From positions 240,161 to 304,160 of the forward strand of contig JBJCIZ010000282.1 in assembly GCA_051294375.1 (NCBI GenBank): 64,000 nt of DNA. Reading direction: 5' to 3'. The translations under genes and the position numbers were made by a program. The first letter of the stretch is position 1. Every line of letters starts with the position of its first letter. Below are positions 1 through 13,575 of the stretch, piece by piece. The stretch comes from Paraspadella gotoi (Eukaryota > Animalia > Chaetognatha). The notes beneath the pieces were generated by a model that saw nothing but the letters and a program-made list of their open reading frames with translations, did no database searches and was not told where the DNA came from.

Positions 1-3000
1 TTTCCACTGGTTCAACAATTAGGGTCCAATTTTGGCCATCCTTTGTGCAAAAGGGTCTCGAAGGGGCTCTCAAAATTTTTCTTGTTAATTTTATTAGGTT
101 TAGTTTTGAGTATGATACCGATCAATGGTAAGTGAGAATTAGTTACCATTTTGCCGTGAAATTTTTATTTAAAAGTAAACATCCACGCATAAAACGGGTG
201 TTAAACCGAAAAATTAATAGTTTTATGTTCCGTTTACCGCCCGAGTTGGATTCGCGCGAATTAAGTTAGTTATCTTTCTTCTGTTTTATATAAATTTGTC
301 CTTCTGAGACAAATTTTTTGTTCGCATACGGCTGAATTCCCAAGAGGTTGATTGAAAAGAATCCTCTTCAACTCGTTACCTGAGAATTTCCATGCATATG
401 TCTCACGGTATGGCCCGCACGAAAATGACGAATGCAGGTCTTCTTAGAGAAAGAATTCTTGACAGGAAAATTTAACTGATCTTTACTTTTGCCTTTTTGA
501 GTTTATTATCTGTCTTCTTTTACCATAAAGAGTTTTGCAGTTCTCCGATATTCTGATGACTCTGGTTTTGACAATCGGCGCCAAGCATATACTGCAAAGA
601 TTGCTAACTACTTGTCTGGCAGCATCAAACACGCGACTCTCTCTTCTTTTCTTTTCGTCTCTTCTCGTCGATCTCTCTCCTCATCTGATTTCACCCTACT
701 CATCTGCTTCGATGTTCCTTCCTCTTATTTTCCTTTTTCTTTCTTACCATTAGCAATGATTATTGAATGTTGAATGATAAGGTTTTAAAGAAATAACCTA
801 TTCTTGCGATATTTGTATTAGATGTTAGATTTATAATAAGGCTTAGTAATTAGTAATTAATTCTTTTTAAAAGAAAAAATTACAGGAAAAAAGAAAAAAG
901 CAATATCCCCTGAAAAAAAAAATCTGAAATTTATAAAAAACGGCGTGAAAGAAAGATTTCGAAATCTTTTTGTTTACTCGATTGATTGCGAAAAAGACTT
1001 TACCCCGCGCCCGTTTTATGCGATGATGAGTTAAAAGAGGAGCTACACGATCGGAATTCTAATAGAGTTTTCAACCTGGTGAGTCAGATTCGGGGAAAAA
1101 TTCTTCTATTAGGCAAAAATCTTCCATAAGGAACGGGTTGAAGTTTTCCTCGAAGATTTTGGTTTAATATTTTTCCTATATTTTAATGGTTGGATTTTTT
1201 TTGAAACTTAATAAGTTAACAATATTGCCATCATTCTACCGTTGGCCGGTATAAAGAGACTATATTAAAAAAACGCTGCGGGCGTTAGTTTCGTCAGAGG
1301 CTTTAGTCCTAATAAAGATACCAAAATAAGAAAATAGATAGCCGGTTTAACCACGCCTCCAAATTCCGTCTTACAGGACAAAATTTTTGAAGCCAAAGTT
1401 GTGGCGGCGGGCCGGCCTAAGACGCCAAAAGAACCTGACGCGTCGCAAAGCGATTGTTAAACAGTCCTGACGCTTGTGACTTTGACCATTGTAAACGTTA
1501 GAAACCTGCATGACCGCTTCTATGCAATTGACGAGAAGGCTCAAAGACCGAGGATCTTTGCAGATACTGACCTGCATTCTGGAATTTCGAATGACGTCTT
1601 CTCGCGATGCAGCAGCGCGTCGATTTCAACCTCCAAATATCTCAATTTTAAGTCAAATCAATTGAAGGAAACCAGTGATGTCCGAGATCGCATAGTTCAA
1701 CATATGTCCGACATTCTTGGCTAGACATCAACGCTTTGGGTATGGTGAGTGATTTCTTTTGGTGGTACAATCGCAAATTGGCATTTTTAGTGGACGTCCG
1801 TATCGCATGGACGGTTCCATCCTCATCCTTTTTATCAACCATCACAGGACACGTGTGGTATGGAGAAGTACTTTCCTTGATGAGATCGGCTTCAAGAAAC
1901 TTTTCAACTTGCTCTTCTGCAGCACGTTGCTTCTCAAGAGGAAATTGGCAAGGTGGCTCGACCACGGCGGTCACCCCCTCTTGGAGGTTAATTTTGTGCT
2001 GCACAAGGGACGTTTTTCCTATGTCCCAGGTGCCTCTACTGATAGCTCGATACTTTTGTTTAAGCATCGTCTCTACCTTTTCTCTTTTTTTATCATCCAG
2101 GTGCGATAGGTTGATCAAACTGGCCGGATGTCCATCAGGCGATTCGTCTCCCTTGTTTCATGTCAATGACGGGCTTGGAAGGGGGGTCTTCTTTATAGAC
2201 GACACGGCTACTCCCATTGAACTACATCTGTAAAGTTCCATTCGTGTCCCGAACCAATTTTTAATTAGTACCGGAACTTTCTTGGCGGGTCGGAACACAT
2301 ATCACGGGATGACAACTCCATGTCTTCCAATTCAAACTCGCCTTTGATATCAACAAACGTCATTACATGCTGATGAGGAGGGATAAGGATCATTTCACTT
2401 AGTCTTAAGTTACAATCTTTTTGTGTCATAACAGAATGTACTTTTATGCGATCTCCTCTTTTCATTATATTTTAGACATTTACCATTAAATTCTACGGTT
2501 TGTTTTTTAGTGTCCAAAACCATGTTAAATAAAGCCATCCCTTATAATCCCAAAATACATATTTCCTTTTTGGTGATAATATGAAAAAGAACATTTCTTG
2601 TGACATTATTTACTTTGCATCTAAGAAAGATAGATCCCAACATTCCCAGATCTCCTCCTATTCCCACAACCCGCACAAACTCTCTGTTTAAAGGGGANNN
2701 NNNNNNNNNNNNNNNNNNNNNNGGAAATAGATTACTTTTAAAACATCTCTTAAAATGTCAACAGATAAAAGGTTTTATGAAGGGCTTCTCGTATCTAAAC
2801 ATCGTTTTAATGAACAGGAGACAGGGCCCGGGAATGGCAAGATCTAAACTTGTAAATGGTGGCATCCAAATGAGCAGCGTCCCCTCGAAAGATTGGCGTC
2901 AAGCCATAGCAGCTTCATCGGGGCATTTGTCACAAAGTTATCAGCGACAGCGCTCGTAGGGGTTCGACTCGAGCAGGATGAAACCTCAGTCTTGGTAGTC

Positions 3001-3599
3001 GCTCGGGAAGGGCTCCGTGAAGGTGGCGGCGAACACGGCAAAGGGCAGAAGTGGATCGGCGCCGCACTTCTCCAATGGTAGGTCCACTTACCCCAACAGG
3101 TCGGGGCGGACAGAAACAGGACAGGAAGTGACATAGTGCATGACGACGACTTTCTTTGACTTCTTTGGTGAATCCTCGTGATGAACGTGCATAATAGCCT
3201 GGAGCGTAATGATTTATTTAATTAATTCCATGATACTGCATTCTAAAAAGTTGCAAAATAGTAATTCTTATTTAAATAACGAATTTTTCATTTATTATTT
3301 TTGGAACGAAAACAAAATTCGTGAAACTGAGGAACTTTTTTTATCACTCGGACGGGATGGTCAAGGGGTGTAATAAGGATTTAGACATGTATATCTTACG
3401 TCAGGAAGAGGAAAAAAAAGATTTTATCCGCTCAGGACAAAAGATACGATTTATCTGACCAATCAGCGGTCAAGGATGGCTGTTGTCACTAATTTATTTC
3501 TGTAGAACAACAAAATAAATTTTTATTTGTTCGTCAATATATTTAAAAATTAGTTGTAGTGTAGTTTAATAATTAGAATACTGATAGATAGTTTTAGAA

Positions 3600-6500
3600 A
3601 TGCCAAAATATAAAAAATAGCTACTCGCAGTCAAGAGGACGACAGTTTCTTGGAACCTCAAGCCTCTAAATCCATCGCAACTACCCTACACTTCGTGATG
3701 TTTTATGTCATGCTAAATTCAAAAAGGTTTGTAAAAAAACTATTTTAAAATGTTGTGTTAAAGTTACGTAAATTCTAATGTTTGAAAGCGTTGCCCCGTA
3801 AAAAAGAAAATAAAATTGTATCTTATAGCTTGATGGAGCAAGTTTAAACTGGGCGTTTCTTCAAAGTCAGTGGCCGAAGACATCCGCGACATTTATCGGC
3901 GAACCAACTGCGTCGCTTTCAATCGGCGTCATCAGACAACCGTCGCAATTCGTGTTCGGCATCGTGGAACGAAACTATCGCATCCACCACCGTTCTCATG
4001 GCACCGAGCAACGTTTTCGAAACTTTTGTTCTCGGCTCGACCAACTCTTCGACATCATAGCCTGCAAATGTGTGCATAACTCTGTGCGCTGCATAGGATG
4101 CGATGGAAATTGTGAAGTGGCAGGCACATATTTCCTGCAACTGCGAGAAATCGCGCAAAAATTCCGCCGATGCGAGCTCCGCTTCATTTACGACCAGCGA
4201 AAACGAGGGTCGGAACTTGGAAAAAATGGCCATTGTTTCGATAGACCTCAAAATCAACTACAAATTCTCGAGAAAAAACGTCAAAGGCAGCTGCTTTTAA
4301 TAAATGGTTTATCAAATGTTAAAATCTTCTAAATAATGTAGTTTTTCAGAGTTGTATTTATTTTAAATAAAAATTAAGTGATTTTTAATTCTAATAATTT
4401 TACTACTGGCAAGTAAAGACCAAAAGAATATCATCAATGAATTTTTCAAAAAGGAACAAGAGAGACTCAATCCTCTTCCAATGCCAAACGTTTCTGCAAG
4501 CCTCTTGGAAGCAGAATCACAACGCGGCCCTTCAAATTTCGTTATGGAGGTAGAAGACGATGATACTTCCAAAAACTTTGAGTGCAAAGGAATAAATCAA
4601 TGCATCAAAGGTACTTAGATAGAATTTGAAATATACATACTAGTTTCTTTGTTCTGACTTTTATTTATAATCGTAGCATAACATAAAAAATTTAACTAAC
4701 TAATAGTACGGTTTTTATGTAATTGGTTTGTATCATGAACAAGCAAAAAGTTATATGCATTCTCTCTTTTTTAACTAATAGTACGGTTTTTATGTAATTG
4801 GTTTGTATCATGAACAAGCAAAAAGTTATTATGCAAAAAAAAAGAGATAGTATTTGTGATTTTATAGTATATATTCTTTTTTCTTTTTCTAAATTCAGAA
4901 ATAAAAATAAATGTGAAATGCGAAAACTTTTAATATTAATTTTAGTATAAAATTATTTTTTAAATACAGAAAATCGTCAACGCCTTGACAATTTGGCGCG
5001 CGAGGCCGATCGTTGGCCATCAGCATCCGACCGGATGATCGCCGCCATTGCAACGGCAGTTTTGGTCGACTACGGCATCGTCACCGATGAGGATCAATCT
5101 CAGGCCATCGATCGTCATAAGGTTCGACGAGCGCGTGAGCGAATCCGCTCTGAACTTCCTGACCATGCGTCGCCCAGTGTTGTCGAAGGTTTATTCTTCG
5201 ATGGCAAAGAAGTCGAAACACTAAAAATGATAAGAGACGACGAAGGGAAATGGAAACGAGTGAAGGAGAAACAAGAACACATCGTCGTCATTAGCGAGCC
5301 CGACGGCGAATACCTCACTCACCTCACGCCGGACGGAAAAAAAGCTGCGCCAACTACAAAAGCATTGTTTGACTTTATTGAAGAACATGGGATAGCAGAC
5401 AGTTTAAAGCAAGTGACACTCAACTTGACGGTGATTAAAACTTATTTTTTTATTTTAGAAAAATATTTTTACTGTGTTTATATTAATGATCTTATTCACA
5501 ATTCAGGTTATTGGTGGAGACTCAACCGCCGTCACCACTGGCCATCGCGGCGGAGTCTTTACAAGTCTCGAAAAACTGCTTGGGACGGCGATGCCTGTGG
5601 TCGGTGTGCATGCTCCACACAAATGAACTCCCCCTTCGTCATCGCGAAAGAAAGCGGCGAGACATCTGGGAAGTCGACCTTTAAGGGAGAGATTGGTCAA
5701 GTTCTCTCTAAAGTGGAAAAAATGGAATGGAAGAAAAAGTTTGTTCCAATATTAGATGGTGAAGACGTCAACATTTCTGAAGAAATTGTACACGATCTTT
5801 CTCACGATCAAAAACTTTTATTTCTTGCTTACAAATCGATACGTCAGGGTTTTCCTAAGACGGAAATAAAAAGTTTGAGTCCTGGCCCTATTTTCCACGC
5901 CCGTTGGCTCACGACCGCCACGCGGTTTTTATTTCTTTATATGAAGAAATCTGATTTAAGCTCTAGAGCCATGATGTCCGTCAATGAAATCGTCTTTTTT
6001 ATTATTACAAACTATTGTCCTTTATGGTTCGCCATAAAATCTGCTCCTTCAATTCTTTCGGCGCCATTCCACGTATTTTTTCAAATTCGATTGTTAAGGT
6101 TGCTGCCAAAGCCTATTAATGACAAAGTTTTCCCTTACGTAAAATCTTATTTTGCTCATCCAGAAAATATATTGTTAGCTTTGGCAGCCTCTAATGACAA
6201 AGACCATAGAGAATTCGCTGTAAAGAAGTTGATTGAGATTCGTAAAGGAAGTGAGAGAGGAGATGACTCGCCTCGGATATTTGAACCTCCTCCTCTCAAC
6301 TTCCAGGCTGAAACCATTTACGATATCATTAACTGGGATGATCTGAATTTAACCGAGCCTGTATTTACAACTAAATTTAGTATTGATGACATAAGAGATA
6401 TTTTAACGGTTCCTCTTTCTGTTCCAAAGTTTAATTGTCATACACAGCCTGTCGAAAGAATGATAAAAGAAATGTCAGCTGCATGTCATTCGGTTTGCGG

Positions 6501-6603
6501 ATTCGATTGCCGCGATGGCTTTATAAGAGCCAGAATTAAGTCGCGCGCTCTTCTTCCTTCTGTTGAAACGAAAAAAGATTTTGAAACTTTGTTTTCTAAA
6601 TAA
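3600..6603 (+). pseudogene. Intron-containing DDE DNA transposase, hAT-like (possibly hATm-type), frameshifted
   Basis: Motifs: AREADRW..SDRMIAAIATAVL.DYG, FFDG (first D), VIGGDSTAV after splicing 5431-5506 (second D), CMLHTNELP (CxxH, in a shifted frame), HARWLTTA, HTQPVERMIK (E). Upstream exon-like pieces start at ATG 3600, with GT-AG introns at ~3727-3828 and ~4611-4969. The family assignment is inferred from motifs only. Confidence 0.8.
4697..4835. repeat. Tandem duplication of ~70 bp inside a transposase intron
   Basis: AACTAATAGTACGGTTTTTATGTAATTGGTTTGTATCATGAACAAGCAAAAAGTTAT occurs twice. Confidence 0.9.
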
Positions 6604-8108
6604 ATTTGTCATCTTTAATATAAGAGAGACAGAAAAAATATTTAAATGCATTCTTTCGTATTTATTCTTTAGCTCTTTAGCCAGATCAGTTTCAAGAAAT
6701 CCTATTGGCCATTTTTGGTCACGTGACCGTAAACAGCCAATCAAAAGCAAGAATTACGTAAAATGCCATGAAATTACATAAAAACGATTTTATGGTATTG
6801 TTCTCGAAACATTTTTAAAAATTTTTATTTATAATATTATTTTTTATCATTTAATGCAACAAATTAGCATACCAGTATCGTCATACTCCTTCATCGCTCC
6901 GGGCTAGTGCATAAGACACAGCAGGATCGATAGTTTAGCTCCAAGGATCCCACGAAGATTCTTCACAAAAACTTCTCTCACCTTTGTTTCAATCATGTGA
7001 TTCTTATATTCTTGTCCGTAGGCACAAACTGTGAATGTCTGAAGACGTGCTTCATAGGTGAGCATAGTTTCATCCTTTTGCTTGTACACAGTTTCAAGCT
7101 TGTGATGAGTTGCTTCATCCATGCTGGTTTCAAGTCGATTCAGTAGTTGCGAAATGCTTCGTAGATGGCTGTAGGATCAGCCTCAACTGCATTGGCGGCC
7201 AAGGTTCGTGGTACACCCTTTAGGAGCGCGATGTATTTACCACGTAGGTACCTCTGTTTTAATCCGCACGCACAAGCTTCCTCTTCAAAAGCAAACAAAA
7301 AAGCTTGAATGCTATCGCCGTCCTTGTACTTCCTTGTTACTTCAGCCAGTAACATAGCTCAACGCATCCCTTGAAGGGCAGCTGCATCACCATCGCTGTC
7401 ATCTGGATCATCACCTGGGTCAGCAGGGGAAGAAGCGACGTGGAGGCACTAGACGCGGCGGAAGCAGCAGCGCCGGAGGTTGCGGCTCCAGACGGGGCGG
7501 CGACAGAAGCAGAGGCACCGGAAGCGGCAGCGCCAGATCCTATGGTGGTCGGGGCATCGATTTCGTCTAAACCAGCATCAACTTCATCCTCACCAGAACC
7601 AGAAGTAGGAATGACAAATCTTTCCTCTGGCGTGGACACTGAAGGGGGCGTTGATCGCGCTGGAGGCGTCAATGACATGGAGAGTGTTAGCGACGTCACT
7701 ACCAAGCGAGGGGCGGCAGCGGCAGTAGGCAGAACGAGAGTTGTCGTAAGGTGCTGCGTTCCCTACTGCAACTGTAGAATCATCGAGAGCATCTGATGCT
7801 GTAGGATGAAGGTTCGCCAGCCGCTACTGGAACAGGTGTCGGAGACGGCAGCGTCGTGGCAGAGGGCGCTAACAACGTCGGCGGCCGCTCTTCTCCGGGA
7901 GGATGTGGCTCGTTGTTCACTTTTAATTTTCCAAAATTTTAAAAAAATAAAAATTGCGAGAAAGATCAATTGCAATAAAAGAGCGAGACCAGAGAAGGAC
8001 GATGAAGTTGTGTCTACGAATTGTTCCAAACAGCCGGAGAAGGCGCCAGTTGTGATGTTGACAGGCGCCGTGATGACACCAGGAGCAAAAGAGTTGAAGT
8101 GGCACTGG

Positions 8109-8130
8109 ATCCCACCGAAAATTGCCACCA
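8109..8130 (-). promoter_or_regulatory. Primer-binding site resembling the complement of the tRNA-Leu 3' end
   Basis: Minus strand reads TGGTGGCAATTTTCGGTGGGAT, compared with TGGTGGCAGCGGTGGGAT for tRNA-Leu (small insertion). It starts 2 nt from the LTR end. Confidence 0.6.
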
Positions 8131-8132
8131 CT

Positions 8133-8448
8133 TGTAGCATTAGGTAGCTAAAGTAGATAGAGAATAAAGCTCCTATGAATAGTATAAATAATATAATGAT
8201 ATAATATATTTACAATAATATTACAAAAATTGGAAATATATTATTTTAATAATTAATTATATAATATATAATATATAACAATATTACAATACTTTCAACA
8301 ATATAATAAGAAAAGACTATAAATCTGTCTCTATAGGATTGCTTCTCTCTTTTATTTCTATAATATTTTTTCAGACAAAGGTACCCGCGACATTCGGGCC
8401 CTCAACTCCTAATTGGCGGAAGTCGCGTCACAAGACGCGACCGCAACA
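8133..8448 (-). repeat. Putative 5' LTR of the 1590-8448 gypsy element
   Basis: Termini TGTAGC...GCAACA (TG..CA, 5/6 inverted match) directly beside the PBS. No second LTR is present in the window, so the right boundary is inferred. Confidence 0.5.
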
Positions 8449-9214
8449 ATCAGGTTCCTTACCGCCCTTTTGATGCAGTGTGTGCACCTGGTCCAAAGTC
8501 TGCTTTCTCCCTCCCTCTCTTCACGTTTTCCTTAAATACTTTACGTATTCTTTATGGCCTTTTGATTAATCAATAAACGTTTAGAACTTCAAAGAGAGAG
8601 AGAGAGAGAGGATCGACACTGAGCAAGAGCAGAAGACGATGAAAGGGAAAGAAACTGGATGTAAGATAAAGGGGGAATGGGAGAGAGAAGAGAAGAATAC
8701 CTTACTTCTCACAGTAAGATACTACTAAAATCCTTGCTCCTTGTTCAAAATCTGTTCATAATCGATGGCCTGCAGGCATAGAAAATACAAAAGATTTTCT
8801 ACAGTGCAGTAGAATAAAAATAAAAACTCTTTCAAAATTCAATGAAAAAAATTGCCTAATTGCCGTTTCTCAATTCATTCACGCTTCATTTCTCAATCAT
8901 TCCTGAAGAGAGAAGTCCGCGTTCCCTATTTGATTGGTGCTAGTAGTTGCGTTTGGTTTCCAAGTAGCGTACGATGCCTCATTATAGTAATTGAGTTTTG
9001 TCTCATCAACGTCTTACGCTTCGATGTCCCTTCATGCGCGCTTTCTTCTTGATAGTCGTTCAATGGCACGACCCAATTTCTTTGTCCACTATCCACTTTT
9101 CTTTCTCTCACTCTTTGTAATCGTAATCGTTTCCTGTTCTCTTTCTTATTTACCCTGATGAGAAGTGAGCCTTGTCGCTCTCGTTCCGAAGAAGTGTTTG
9201 ACGGATGTATATTT

Positions 9215-9739
9215 CTATTCGTCGTCCCACGACATCTCTCTTGTCCTGGATGGGCCTTGCATCTCGTATTCGGGGCCAGAATCCTCGTCTTCAGAAGCAT
9301 CATTCGGTTGGATATCGTTAATGGCGTCAAAATATCCATCAATTAACGCCTCAGCTTCATCAGTCGCATCATGCGTTTGCTTAGGTGCCGTCTCAGCATT
9401 ATCATCCCCTTCTTGCTCATCATTCGCTTTGGTTCTCTCGGGAGGTGGTACATCACGACATTTACGGACAGTAATGTGAGCCATATTGATGCTCTCATCG
9501 AGCATCCCGCGTTGGATGGATCCTTTTGAATAACCACCCTGAAGCATCTGGATTTGGCCAATCTTTTGGTTGACTAAGAGTTTCATCTCCTTAGCAATAG
9601 CGATGGCTTTAGGAGTTCCAGCTTGTCAATAGCGATCAATCAGTCCGCAAAGGGTGCCAACGGCATCACGTAATCCTTTGGGAGTAAAATCATTCATATT
9701 GATGCGTTCAAATTCCTCCTTGAGAGCAGCAAATGACAT
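9215..9739 (-). pseudogene. Unknown ORF (MSFAALKEEFERIN...acidic C-terminus) with one in-frame TGA
   Basis: ATG at 9739 is in frame with ORF 9215-9586, with a single TGA at codon 38. Splice-donor-like GGTGAA/GGTGAG sites lie upstream at ~10010 and ~10105. No recognisable domain. Confidence 0.35.
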
Positions 9740-11749
9740 CGTTGATATGAAATAAAGAGATTTCAATTAAAAGGAGCATGGTAAATTTGAATCAATCAAT
9801 CAGTATACAAATAAAATAGTCTTGCAAAGTTACTTAGACAGAATGTTTAATTCGTAAAAATTAAAAAATTCCTGAGATGAAATCGAGTCACAAAATTTTT
9901 CATTAAAAAATGAGTGAATTAGCTCATTAGCTAATCGAATCAATAAAATCAATCAATAAAATTAATCGGTCAATTAGCCAGTCAATCAATCAATCAACAT
10001 CGATCTGATTCACCTTTTGGATTGATGTTTTCCGGTTCAAAGGGTTCCGTTGTCAAGTTTGAAAATCAAATTTAATTCGATCCAAAATCAATCACAAACC
10101 AACTCACCTTTTCGAAGCGATGGATACTTTCTTACTGTAGAGAAGCTTGGCTCTCTACGCCTCTTGAGGTGAGGAGCGGCAGTTAGGTGACAGATGATAA
10201 TTTTTGGGTAGTGACGAACAATCTCTTGAAATAAGGACTCACGCTTCTGAAGTCCGAGCAGAGAATAATGGGTGGTCGGACCGCGACAAAAGAGAACATT
10301 GGTTCTTCTTTAAAGGGGCACGCCACATCATATATAATTTTAAGTCATTGGATATCAGCATAATAGACGTCGTTTTTCAGGAATTTCAGATCTATGAACG
10401 CGGCGATTTCGATTTTGTTTAGTGAAACGAACCGAGGTTTTGTTTAATCACCCCCCCGTCATTCACAATTGGAGGAAGGAAGCATGTTAGCATCATCTTC
10501 CTAATATTTAGATTTGACAACAACAGGCGCAGCAAATCAACGCCACCGTCGTTTTGACGAACTGAAGCTTCACCTTGAAGTTTAAATATTTTCTTGGAGA
10601 CGTCTTGCCACACTGATTATTTCGGTGAATGAGGCCAACAGAGTTGCTAATCGGAGGTGATGTTATAATTTTTCAACCATTATTAATGAGTAGAGAGTTA
10701 TGACGTAGAATCGTTCGTAGTCTTCTCTTTAAAGAGATTTGATTGCCCTACTCGCAGACGATTTATTTCTTTGATTTCGTTCGCAGTAATTCAATTTTCT
10801 AATCTATGAGAGGTTGATCGGGAGCGAAAAATCGAGCGGATTTTCGCTGAAGATTTCAAAGGCGAGATCCATACTTTTACTCGGGATCCTATCCGCGAAG
10901 CCGGTTCAGGCTCAATATTGATATCAGTTGGCTTTCTTTGTGACGTCGTCGTCGGTCACGGCTTTTTATGGTAAAATAAAAACTGCGCTATGACGTTTTA
11001 TAATTTTGGCTGGAAACTTCCGTTTTTTTAAAAAAAATTATTATGAATCTAACGCATGAATTTTATAAAAGTGTGCCGATCATAGTATAAGCTTAAAAAT
11101 TTAGATACGCTTCATATCTATGACAATTACAATACATTGAATGTCAAGTATTTTGTTTGAATCCCAGCTTCTTATGAATTACTCGGGCAAATATGCAAAA
11201 AAAATTATAGCTACAGCTACAATATAATATCCAAATTATTATATAGAAATGCTTCACATCTAATTTACATATTGCAGTAAATAATATGTGAAGATGAAAT
11301 TCATAAAAAAATCTTTTGAATCAATAAAAACATGTGAAATCAAAAGACCTTTTTAATGAGAAGCTGTATCTTAATTTAATACATAAAAAATTAAAATCTT
11401 TATCAAGCTATGATTTGAAAAATTGTAACAATTTCCAATTGTAAACAATGTAGAAACATTTTTCTTAATTTCTTTACGTTAGTGTCTTTTGTTTTATTGA
11501 ATTTCAATACGTAGTTTAGTTTTCCAGTCTTTTACACTGTTACTGTTTATGGATTATGTTAATACTGTTTTTGGTATTAAATAAAAAAAAATCCTATTTT
11601 TGTCAGTTGCTGCCTTTTCTGAATCCTTTAAAAACGAGTTCAGGCTCGGCAGTGACTGTACAGCTGCCTTCCAGCGGCTGTCCAGCTTTCTCTCTCTGTC
11701 TCTGTCTGTCTTTCTCTTTCTGTCTCTTTCTCTCACTCTCTCTCTGTAG

Positions 11750-11778
11750 AGAAGCCTCAGCTCTCTACGCCTCTGAAG
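11750..11778 (+). CDS. Putative 29-nt microexon of a host gene (EASALYASE-G)
   Basis: Long CT tract then TGTAG acceptor and AAG|GTGAAA donor. The phase-1 end joins in frame to the exon at 13576. Confidence 0.4.
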
Positions 11779-12082
11779 GTGAAAATGGTCCACTTGGTCA
11801 CAACGTAATCTGACGAAAAGCGTCCCAAACGTTTTATGAACTGAAGCTCGAAAATGTCGGAAGGAAAAAATGCAGGAATCAAAGTAAATAAATTTAATAA
11901 AATGTAGGAAAATAAGACAAATCCGTGGAAATCGAGATCAAATCGAGGAGAATCAATAAATCGTAGAGGAATCCAATAAAATCGTAGGTAAAACTTTGTA
12001 AGAAAGTAGTTGAAATTCTAGTAAAAAAGTGATCCAGTGAATCTGTATTTGGTCATGTCTGAGCTCGTCCAAGTAAAGTTTG

Positions 12083-12115
<33 letters not shown>

Positions 12116-12381
12116 AGAAAGAGTGGAGAAAGAGTCAGGTCAGTCCCTGTCCGGTCGATCGGTCAATCGGTCGAATGGGTCAGATCTGGCCGTCTTCGTC
12201 GATCTCGGCCTTTTCTCTTCACTCTCTCTGTACGATCTCTTGCGTGATCTTTTTTTTCTGAAAAATTTTGATTATTTTTTTCTTTTTAAAAACTTTTATT
12301 ATCGCCATTTATTCCGCGCTTTTTTTTAATGCAAAATCCCAATTTTACATCCGAGATTTTCTTGGATTTATTCTCTTTCTT

Positions 12382-12413
<32 letters not shown>

Positions 12414-13248
12414 TCATTCATTCATACTCGCATTTGTTTGTTTTAATTATGATGAATGATTCATTGTGTCAATGAATGACTATCATCGCATCAATCAACT
12501 TTATAAAGATGATTCGCGTTTTAAATTATATTTCAGTTTAATTTGAACGTCGTTCTAAAGAGGCAGGTTTTTAGTTTTTACTGCAGAAAATTGTTTAAGA
12601 TTTTCTATGCCCGCTAGGTAGAGCGTTCCAGGCGTCGGCCGTCCGAAAGAATGTTTTAACATGGGCTAACTGTAGAATCCGAGAAAGCGTTCTTGCTAAA
12701 TCTTGAAGATGCAGAATAAATGTAGAATTTATTGTATTTTCGTGAGGACTAATCATGAATAATGTGGTTAAAAATGTGAAATTACAAAAACCCGTGAAAA
12801 CTAAAGTTGCGGGCGGCCGATGTGATTTACAAAATAGTTTCTTTGACAATGATCCATTTCTCTAATAAATGGCTAAAAGAAAGCGACAAGGCCGCGGAAA
12901 GAAAGTGGCCGGTTAAGGTCAAGTTAAAAGAATGACTGGCGAGGTAATATTTGTCAGTAACCATCAACAGGCAAACTACCTGATTCAAATTTGATATGGC
13001 GAGATAAAAATTGAATTTTGGAGAATGGAAAGGGATAGCTAAGCAAAAGAAATAGTGAAATAAAGAGTAAAGTAAAAGCTCAAAATGAGCTGGCCCCCTC
13101 GGTTTTTCAAATGAAGGGCATGACCGACGTGGCCGGGTTAAGGGCTTATCAGGGGCTGTGAGGACAGTGGCGTCGAGTTGACCAATGTTGCGTCAGGGAG
13201 AATTCCTTGCGGAAACATTCCCAGGGCTACTCTGATGTCTCTAAGGCC

Positions 13249-13381
13249 TGCATAATTTATCGTAATTCGATGTTTTGATATAATAAAAATGATTTACCGA
13301 CAAGATTTTGGGGTGAGACCGACGGGCCGACAAAGTAAATTATAGAGTCGGTATCTGCTTATCAGCAGATCCGACTAAAAA
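13249..13381 (-). mobile_element. 5' fragment of a Helentron-associated (HINE/DINE-1-like) element
   Basis: Hairpin AGTCGG(T)ATCTGC-TTATCA-GCAGATCCGACT next to a T-run, plus ~100 bp matching the reverse complement of 21720-21830. Confidence 0.7.
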
Positions 13382-13575
13382 CCTCTGGCTTTTTTCATCC
13401 GAGTTCAGTCCTATTATATATAAATTTTATAGTCATGTAATCATGTTATCATTAAGAAATACACGTAAAAAGAAAGTCAATACGGCACAACACATTGTAA
13501 GGACCGATCTTGTTAAAATTATATTTTTCATTTATACTCACAGTAAAATAAATTCTTTTCTTACACTCTCTTTAG

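Larger units (their letters stand above)
1590..8448 (-). mobile_element. Degenerate Ty3/gypsy LTR retrotransposon (5' LTR, PBS, gag, protease, start of RT), 3'-truncated and split by a DNA transposon at ~3210-6865
   Basis: ORF 1648-2118 has typical pre-RT/RT motifs (DIGKTSLVQHKINL, VEKFLEADLIKESTSPYHTCPVMVDKKD). Gag-like pieces lie at 6904-7355 (IQAFLFAFEE, YEARLQ) and a degenerate zinc-knuckle-like segment at ~3020-3110. A PBS and an LTR lie at the right end. Confidence 0.8.

Noticed and set aside
380-640. Possible RING-finger remnant on the minus strand (CSICLAP...CGH)
   Set aside because: It needs frameshifts and stops, and the spacing is unconvincing.
3200-6870. TIRs/TSD for the plus-strand transposase element
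   Set aside because: No convincing inverted termini were found by eye. The boundaries are inferred only from the interrupted gag.
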